Source: Parasutterella excrementihominis (GTDB lineage: Bacteria; Bacillota_I; Bacilli_A; RFN20; CAG-826). From it: a stretch of 64,000 nt of DNA. The DNA is taken from contig CAVECL010000001.1 in the NCBI GenBank assembly GCA_963614595.1, positions 60,407 through 124,406 of the forward strand. Direction: 5' to 3'. This document shows positions 57,938-64,000 of this stretch, in pieces. The position numbers were made by a program, and so were the translations under genes. Below the pieces are notes generated by a model. The model did not search any database. It worked only from the letters and a program-made list of their open reading frames with translations, and was not told the origin of the DNA. The stretch's first letter is position 1; every line of letters starts with the position of its first letter.

Positions 57938-59701
57938 TTATCCTCTTTTCTTAGATTTACGAGAGAGCACGACTTGCGAAATCAAGGTCTGAACCATCGA
58001 CATCAAACCGCCGATGAGCCAGTAGATTCCCATGGCCGCCGGAAGCATGAAGCCCATGAAGATGGTGAAGATCAGCATGACGATCATCATGATCTTGCCT
58101 TGCTTGTTCGCGTCATTCGCCGCAGGGTTCTTGCCCATCTTGGTGACGTTCTTCGTCTTCATCTTGGTGATGATGCGCGGAAGCATCATGGCCATAATCT
58201 GAACCCCAGCCATGAGGACGAAGAGAACCAAAGCGGTCCACCAGCCCGTGGTATTGGCATACCATGTGCCCGAAACGTTGAACAAGGTCTCGCGGATCGT
58301 GTCAGACAAACGAAGATTGAGCATCTGGCCCGAAGATAGGGCCGCGCTTCCCTGAAGACCCGACCACACGCAGATGAAGACCGGGAACTGGATGATCAGA
58401 ACCAGGAATTGGCTGAGCGGGTTAATCTTGTTGCGGCGATAAAGAGCCATTTGTTCCTGACTAAGGCGCGCCTTATCGGATTGGTTGGTGTTGGAGTTAG
58501 GATATTTTTCCTGCAGTTTCGCAAGCTGAGGCTGCAAATTCTGCATCTTTTGCTGGTCGAGCGTGCTTTTGAAGGTCGCGGCCATCAAGAGCAAGCGGAC
58601 GATCACGGTGACGAAGACAAGGGCCAGCAACTGACTCCAGCCAGCGAGAGAGGAATCCATTCCGAAGGCGAAGGTATCGACCATCCAAGAGATCGGATAG
58701 ACGAGGAGGCCTTCAAGGAAGCCTTTGCCCCAGGCATATCCCCAATCCTTAGCTTCGATGTTGACCTGCCAGTCGCGGCTAGGACCATAATGGCCATAAG
58801 TTCCGCTGCGGGTCGCGATGCAGGTGCTGATGCTGCTGACTTTGGACTGGATGTTGTTCTTATAAACCGTTGTGAAGGCGGAGGTCGGGCAGCCATCGAT
58901 TCCTAAGCCTTTGTCAGAAGACTGCTGAAGCGAAACGCACCAAGTATCGAAATGGCCAAACAAAGCGCTGTTGATGCCGGAGAATTTCAAATATCCGTAG
59001 CGACGGAGAAGCGAATGGTCGTAATCGATTGAAGTAGCATCGCTTCCGTCGGTATCGCTTTCGATATAAGGGTTGATATAGAAAGTGCCCTCTTCCGCGG
59101 CAATAGCGGTTGCTTTTTCCTGGTCTTTGGCTTTATCTCCCGTAGAAGAGGCAATCTTCAACGAAGATTCAAAGCTAGCGATGCTGCTTGTATAGTCGCT
59201 GCTGGAAGAGTAGCCAGAAGAAACGATGTTCTTCTCATAAGCCCCTTGGACAAGAGCGGCTTTCAAAGCGTAGTCATCAATCGCCGCCCAGAACTGCATA
59301 GAGGGCAAGGCGTAGCCGCTTTTGGCGGCGCTAGTCAAAATCGTCCCTTGCAAAAGAGAGGAAGCTTTTTTGGCGGTATAGGTGTAGACCGTCTCGCTTT
59401 TGGTGGCGGGAACGTACTTGTAGATGTCGTCGTTATTCTCGAGAGCCTTGCCTGCGACGGTGGTGCTCCCGATCACCATTGCCTCTTCTTCTTCGATGAG
59501 GGCTTTGGTGGACTCATTCGTTTTTAAAGCGTCATATTCGTCTTTTGTGACGTAAACCGTAACGCCCTGTTCGTAGGGATAGAGCATTTGAGCCTTATCG
59601 GTATCGGAACAGAAATTCTGCGTGCACGAAGAAAGAAGCAAGGCGGCGAGCCCGACGCCTGCGATCCCCAGCAGTTTCTTTTTCGAGTTGTGCTTATTCA
59701 A
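57938..59701 (-). CDS. yidC: membrane protein insertase YidC/Oxa1 with lipoprotein signal and an unusually large (~330-aa) N-terminal extracellular domain
   Basis: TTG start. Lipobox LLLSSC. The C-terminal five-TM YidC core has a basic tail. Total 587 aa, against about 260-300 aa for typical Gram-positive YidC. Confidence 0.85.
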   Translation of the reverse strand: MNKHNSKKKLLGIAGVGLAALLLSSCTQNFCSDTDKAQMLYPYEQGVTVYVTKDEYDALKTNESTKALIEEEEAMVIGSTTVAGKALENNDDIYKYVPATKSETVYTYTAKKASSLLQGTILTSAAKSGYALPSMQFWAAIDDYALKAALVQGAYEKNIVSSGYSSSSDYTSSIASFESSLKIASSTGDKAKDQEKATAIAAEEGTFYINPYIESDTDGSDATSIDYDHSLLRRYGYLKFSGINSALFGHFDTWCVSLQQSSDKGLGIDGCPTSAFTTVYKNNIQSKVSSISTCIATRSGTYGHYGPSRDWQVNIEAKDWGYAWGKGFLEGLLVYPISWMVDTFAFGMDSSLAGWSQLLALVFVTVIVRLLLMAATFKSTLDQQKMQNLQPQLAKLQEKYPNSNTNQSDKARLSQEQMALYRRNKINPLSQFLVLIIQFPVFICVWSGLQGSAALSSGQMLNLRLSDTIRETLFNVSGTWYANTTGWWTALVLFVLMAGVQIMAMMLPRIITKMKTKNVTKMGKNPAANDANKQGKIMMIVMLIFTIFMGFMLPAAMGIYWLIGGLMSMVQTLISQVVLSRKSKKRG

Positions 59702-60035
59702 TTGCGTTGTCCTTTATTTCATCAAGCGCTTTGGCGAGCTCTTCTTCGTTGGCCTTAGCATCTAGCGAGTTGTAACTAGGGCGAATCACGATAATCAAGT
59801 TCAAGCGTCTGGTAACGTCGAAGCAGCGGGAGACCATCGCCCGGACCTGCCTTTTGATGCGGACCCTGGTGACGGCGTTCCCATTGCGCTTGGATACGGC
59901 TAGCCCAATGCGGGCATGGCCTTGATCGGGATTGCGTTCGACGTAGATGGTGTAATGCGCGGTTTTCACCTTGCGCCCGGCATGAATGATGCGATCGAAT
60001 TCGCTGTGTTTTTTAACGCGATACTCTCTCTTCAT
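59694..60035 (-). CDS. rnpA: ribonuclease P protein component
   Basis: 113 aa, basic, with an RNR-like motif region. Overlaps yidC by 8 nt. Confidence 0.88.
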   Translation of the reverse strand: MKREYRVKKHSEFDRIIHAGRKVKTAHYTIYVERNPDQGHARIGLAVSKRNGNAVTRVRIKRQVRAMVSRCFDVTRRLNLIIVIRPSYNSLDAKANEEELAKALDEIKDNAIE

Positions 60036-60052
60036 GCGGGCACAACGAAAGC

Positions 60053-60190
60053 TTACGCGGAAAGGCGAGCGCGGCCCTTGGCGCGACGGCGGGCCAAGAC
60101 GCGACGTCCACCGGCGGTGGACATGCGAGCGCGGAACCCGTTGACGTTGATGTGCTTCCTTTTGGAAGGCTGATACGTTTTCTTACCCAT
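60053..60190 (-). CDS. rpmH: 50S ribosomal protein L34
   Basis: [45 protein letters not shown], 45 aa. Not in the ORF track because it is under 60 aa. Confidence 0.9.
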   Translation of the reverse strand: MGKKTYQPSKRKHINVNGFRARMSTAGGRRVLARRRAKGRARLSA

Positions 60191-60460
60191 GATAAATTTT
60201 CTCCTTTTCAGCGGTAGCGGTGTCTATTATACGAACCGACCCCCACGAGAACAATAAAAAACGCACGCGCCCTTACGCGCGCGAAAATCGAATCCGCATG
60301 TGGCAGAAAGATTATGTTTTTCAAATTCACGATCGTTTTTCAGAATCCACCGACCTTTGGATAAAGCTTTGTTTAAAAAGAGGATAAAAGAAAAATGTTT
60401 TGGCAGCCTCGCGCTTTTCCCCGGAACTTAAAAGTGAAGAATTAAGGTTTGCAACCCCTT

Positions 60461-60640
60461 TTTTCCACAAAACCAAAAATCGGTAAAAGTTTTCCACATT
60501 TTATTCACATTTTCATTTTGTGGAAAGTCAAAAAGAAGGTGTTTTCTAGCCTTTTTCGCCTTCAAATTGTGGACAAATTAAAAACACGCTTATTCTTAAT
60601 GAAAAACATTGTGGAAAATGCTTTAATCTTGTGCAGGAAA
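60461..60640. promoter_or_regulatory. oriC / dnaA promoter region: cluster of at least six DnaA-box-like 9-mers in both orientations
   Basis: TTTTCCACA (x2), TATTCACAT, TTGTGGAAA (x2), TTGTGGACA, TTGTGCAGG. All lie within one mismatch or so of TTATCCACA/TGTGGATAA. Confidence 0.7.
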
Positions 60641-60648
60641 AACCGCTT

Positions 60649-62016
60649 ATGTCCGAAACAATCTCCCAACTCACGGCGATCTGGAACCGATCGCTGCAAC
60701 GCATCAAGAAAAAATTGAGCGACAATCACATCTACGACACGTTCTTCGGCGGCAGCTACATCGACTCCGTCCAGGGGAATACCTTAGTGGTCATCGTCAA
60801 CTCCGAACTCGCCACGATGGTTCTGACGAAGTCTTACACGAATTTGGTGGAAGAATGCGTCCAAGCGGAAACCTCCACGAATTACAAAATCACTTTTCTC
60901 AGCCAAAACGCCGGCGTCTCCCAGCCTAATAAGGAAAAAGCCCCCGAGAAGCCCCTTTTCTTCCAAGAGGCGAAGCTTGATTCCCGCTACACGTTCGACA
61001 ATTTCGTGGTCGGAGCGAGCAATCGCGAAGCCTACCAAGCGTCTTTGATGATTTCCAGAAACCCAGGCAACCTTTATAACCCCCTGCTTCTGCATTCTCA
61101 ATCCGGCTTAGGGAAGACCCACCTTCTTCAAGCGATCGGCAACGAGATCAAGACCCTTCGGCCAATGGCCAAGGTCCTTTACATCTCCGCTGCCGACTTC
61201 GTGGACGAATACATCAAATTCGCCACAGGGTATAAGCAAGACCAAACCCTCACTCAGTACTTCAAAAGCGACGTAGACGCCCTGTTGATTGACGATATCC
61301 AGTTCCTGATCGGCAAAGCGAAGACGATGGAGATGTTCTTCGTCGTCTTCCAAAGCCTCTATACGCAAGGCAAGCAAATCGTCATCACAAGCGACCAGGA
61401 CCCCAGCAAGCTAGAAGGCTTGGACGAGCGTCTTAAGACTCGTTTCTCCAGCGGATTGGTTCTTCCGATCCAAAAGCCGGACTTAGAAACCTCACAGGCG
61501 ATTCTCCGCTCCAAAATCGAGGCGAACAATCTCGATGTGAGCGATTTCGATGGGGACGTGATAGAGTTTTTGGCCTCGCGCTTCTCTTCAAGCGTCCGCG
61601 ACCTCGAAGGCGCTTTGAATCGTTTGCTCTTCTACACGGTCAACCTCGAGCCGACAAAGCACATTGATTTATCAACCGCCAAGAAAGCCATATCCTCCTT
61701 GATCTCCGCACAGGACGAGGTAGGAAAGCTGACGGAAGAAAAAATCATCTCCGTCGTGGCCGATTACTATTCCTTGCCGCCCGCGCAAATCACAGGCAAG
61801 CTCCGCACAAGCCGAATCGCGATGGCAAGGCACATCGCCATGTACTTGATCCGCACCCTCTTGGACACCCCATTCACGAAAATCGGGCAAACCTTCGGCG
61901 GCAAGGACCACGCGACGGTGATGAACGGTGTAAACAAAGTGGAGAAATCATTGAAGAACGACCCCGATATGAAAAAAGCCGTCAACGAACTCATCGAGCG
62001 CCTAAAAGTTAAGTAG
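60649..62016 (+). CDS. dnaA: chromosomal replication initiator protein DnaA
   Basis: Walker A GLGKTHL, AAA+ sensor motifs, and the C-terminal DnaA-box binding domain (IAMYLIR...GGKDHATV). ATG at 60649 chosen; the ORF track starts at an upstream GTG. Confidence 0.92.
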   Translation: MSETISQLTAIWNRSLQRIKKKLSDNHIYDTFFGGSYIDSVQGNTLVVIVNSELATMVLTKSYTNLVEECVQAETSTNYKITFLSQNAGVSQPNKEKAPEKPLFFQEAKLDSRYTFDNFVVGASNREAYQASLMISRNPGNLYNPLLLHSQSGLGKTHLLQAIGNEIKTLRPMAKVLYISAADFVDEYIKFATGYKQDQTLTQYFKSDVDALLIDDIQFLIGKAKTMEMFFVVFQSLYTQGKQIVITSDQDPSKLEGLDERLKTRFSSGLVLPIQKPDLETSQAILRSKIEANNLDVSDFDGDVIEFLASRFSSSVRDLEGALNRLLFYTVNLEPTKHIDLSTAKKAISSLISAQDEVGKLTEEKIISVVADYYSLPPAQITGKLRTSRIAMARHIAMYLIRTLLDTPFTKIGQTFGGKDHATVMNGVNKVEKSLKNDPDMKKAVNELIERLKVK

Positions 62017-62167
62017 TTATTTATATTTTATAAATAAGCAATGAAGCTCACGGAAGGCTGTGGTAAACTTCTTCCTAGCGGAAAAGGAGGGTTATCCACA
62101 GTCTCCACCAGCCTTATTATTCTTAAATAATATTCGTAAACGAATTTAAATAAGGAGAATTATTAAT
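62017..62167. promoter_or_regulatory. dnaA-dnaN intergenic origin segment: perfect DnaA box TTATCCACA (62092..62100) plus TGTGGTAAA, flanked by AT-rich putative DNA-unwinding element
   Basis: Bipartite origin layout typical of Firmicutes. AT-rich runs (ttatttatattttataaataa and ttattattcttaaataatattcgtaaacgaatttaaataa). Confidence 0.6.
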
Positions 62168-63292
62168 ATGCGATTCACCGTTTCCAAAGATCAATTCCTC
62201 AAAGCGTTAAACGCGGCGAGCCACGCCATTGCCCCCAAAAATCCGATTCCAGCCTTGAACAACTTCAAACTCGAGCTTAGCGACAAAGGCTTGGAGGTCA
62301 CCGGTTCCAATAGCGAAATCACCATTCGCTCCATCGTCCCTTATCGTAACGGCGACACGGAAATCATTCGTAACGTCGGGGTTGGCGCGACCCTCGTGAA
62401 TTCCCGCCTGCTGCTTGAAAGCGTGCGTCGCATGGGCGGGAACCAAATCACCGTGGACGTGATCGACGAAGCCATCGCAAAGGTTGGCGATGGCAAAACC
62501 TCTTATAAGCTTTCCTGCGTGAAAGCTGACGAATACCCTGACATCGATCTGGAATCCGATGGGGTTAATTTCGTCCTTGATTGCTCTGAATTCATCTCCT
62601 TGGTGGACGCCACGGCCTTTGCGGCCTCCACGAAAGAGCAGGCTCGCCCCGTCCTCACCGCTTTGAAATTGGAAGCAAGCGACGGCGAGCTCTCCGCGAT
62701 CGCCACCGATTCCGCTCGACTCGCCGAGAAAACGATGCCGATTGACGCGGACATCAAATTCCGCGTGAACGCCCCCGCCCGCGTCTTGGTGGATATCACC
62801 CACCTCTTAGAAGGCGAAGAGAAAGTCTCTTTGAGCGTCTCCAACTCAAAAATCCTTTTCTTCTTCGGCAACACAACCGTCTCCAGCCGTTTGATCGCCG
62901 GCGATTACCCCGCCACCAAAGCCATCATCCCTCAGACGTTCAACTACTATCTTGAAGTCAACGCGAATGAGCTTCTTTCTGCGATGGGCCGCGTTTCGGT
63001 CTTGTCCGTTGACCGCGATCCCATCGTCACCCTCACAATGAGAGACGAGGAAGTCACGGTTTCCTGCCAAAACGCCATGACCGGCAGCGCCGAGGAATCC
63101 ATCGCGACCTATAGCTACAACGGAGAGGCTTTGAAGGTCAGCTTCAACGCCCTTTTCGTGAACGACGCCATCAAGGCTCTCAAAAGCACGGACGTGACCC
63201 TTTGCTTCCAAGGCGAAATGAGGCCTTTCGTGGTCCGCGACGGTAGAAATCCTTCCGTCGTTGAACTGATTACCCCAATGCGCACCTGCTGA
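62168..63292 (+). CDS. dnaN: DNA polymerase III beta sliding clamp
   Basis: 374 aa with three clamp-domain repeats. N-terminal MRFTVSKDQFLKAL. Confidence 0.9.
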   Translation: MRFTVSKDQFLKALNAASHAIAPKNPIPALNNFKLELSDKGLEVTGSNSEITIRSIVPYRNGDTEIIRNVGVGATLVNSRLLLESVRRMGGNQITVDVIDEAIAKVGDGKTSYKLSCVKADEYPDIDLESDGVNFVLDCSEFISLVDATAFAASTKEQARPVLTALKLEASDGELSAIATDSARLAEKTMPIDADIKFRVNAPARVLVDITHLLEGEEKVSLSVSNSKILFFFGNTTVSSRLIAGDYPATKAIIPQTFNYYLEVNANELLSAMGRVSVLSVDRDPIVTLTMRDEEVTVSCQNAMTGSAEESIATYSYNGEALKVSFNALFVNDAIKALKSTDVTLCFQGEMRPFVVRDGRNPSVVELITPMRTC

Positions 63293-63398
63293 GCCTAGAA
63301 AGGGCTTAAAAATTCGTTTCTAAAGCGGTAGAAAACCCTACCGCTTTTTATTACATAGTAATAAAATATTCGCGCTGGGACTTTTCAGCGGATTTGCT

Positions 63399-63620
63399 AT
63401 GGAAAAAGAGAAACGCACCGTCAAAATCACGACCGAATACATCACGCTCGGCCAGCTTCTCAAACTTGCTCAGATCATCCAAAACGGCGGGCAGGCAAAA
63501 GGCTTCCTTGCGGAGAATGAAGTTCTCGTGAATGGCGAGCCCGACCAAAGAAGGGGCAGGAAGCTTCGCCCTGGCGACGAGGTTCTTGCTTCCGGCATCT
63601 GCGTGACGCTCGTTGCATGA
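63399..63620 (+). CDS. yaaA: S4-domain RNA-binding protein YaaA
   Basis: 73 aa. ITLGQLLKLAQII...G.VLVNGE. Sits between dnaN and recF. Confidence 0.8.
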   Translation: MEKEKRTVKITTEYITLGQLLKLAQIIQNGGQAKGFLAENEVLVNGEPDQRRGRKLRPGDEVLASGICVTLVA

Positions 63621-64000
63621 TTCTCACCGATCTCGCCCTTTCGCATTGGCGCGGATACGAGAAGCTTGAGCTTAGCTTCGGCAAAGGCCTGACCGTCATC
63701 CTCGGCCCTAATGGGGCGGGGAAGACGAATCTGGCGGAAGCGATAGGCTACATCTCCTTGGCCCGTTCTTGGCGCACGAGCGACGACCGCCTCTTGATCG
63801 GCGACGGCCAAGAGAGCGCGACCATCTTCGCAAGGGTTGAGGAGGGCGAGCGGAAGCGGCTTCTTGAAATCGCTCTCGGCAAGCAGCTGAAGAGAGTCTC
63901 CATCAACGGCAAACCCTGCAGGAGGCTAAGCGAGCTCAAGGACTTCGCGAACGTCATTACCTTCTGCCCGGAAGACGCTGGCCTCTTCCTTGACTCCCCT
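63617..64000 (+). CDS. recF: DNA replication and repair protein RecF (3'-truncated by the window end)
   Basis: MILTDLALSHWRGYEKLELSFGKGLTVILGPNGAGKTNLAEAI, with Walker A. ATGA overlap with yaaA. The frame is open to the window edge. Confidence 0.85.
   Translation, partial: MILTDLALSHWRGYEKLELSFGKGLTVILGPNGAGKTNLAEAIGYISLARSWRTSDDRLLIGDGQESATIFARVEEGERKRLLEIALGKQLKRVSINGKPCRRLSELKDFANVITFCPEDAGLFLDSP

Noticed and set aside
57398-58339. 313-aa plus-strand ORF rich in His/Asp/Arg
   Set aside because: Antisense to the khpB and yidC genes. It is a shadow ORF.
62207-63211. Minus-strand ORFs of 198, 123 and 121 aa
   Set aside because: Antisense to dnaN.
1-64000. Search for CRISPR arrays, IS elements, integrases, tRNA or rRNA genes
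   Set aside because: No direct-repeat and spacer periodicity, no transposase or tyrosine/serine-recombinase-like ORFs, and no cloverleaf-like or rRNA-like stretches were seen by eye. The only structured RNA gene found is ssrA.

Overview
This window reads as the replication-origin region of a low-to-moderate-GC (about 48-50%) Gram-positive, Firmicutes-type chromosome. The housekeeping backbone includes: the jag-yidC-rnpA-rpmH | dnaA-dnaN-yaaA-recF origin block, with DnaA-box clusters flanking dnaA; rpsF-ssb-rpsR, gdpP-rplI-dnaB, tilS-ftsH, mfd-pth, mnmE, tatD-rnmV-rsmA-ispE, lysS, glyA, ppdK; and a tmRNA gene. No CRISPR array, rRNA or tRNA gene, transposase or integrase was seen. Six accessory features stand out. 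(1) A ~9 kb insertion splits the normally contiguous rpsR-gdpP block. It encodes a DUF4143-type AAA ATPase, a GC-anomalous pseudogene scar, a polytopic membrane/Zn-ribbon protein, a small Zn-ribbon protein, a 622-aa lipoprotein with duplicated His/Cys motif modules, and a 7TM-receptor histidine kinase with an atypical response regulator. (2) A compact fatty-acid tailoring cluster: acyl-AMP ligase, dedicated ACP and acyl-ACP thioesterase, divergent from an FAD enzyme that may belong to the polyenoic fatty-acid isomerase family. (3) A GDP-D-glycero-alpha-D-manno-heptose cluster (hddA, fused hddC-gmhB, gmhA) with no adjacent glycosyltransferase. (4) A standalone processive family-2 glycosyltransferase (GT2) polysaccharide synthase. 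(5) An ATP-grasp-like gene translationally coupled to a small acidic protein. (6) A MarR-regulated heterodimeric ABC exporter. All functional calls rest on motifs recognised by eye and on operon context; no database search was run.
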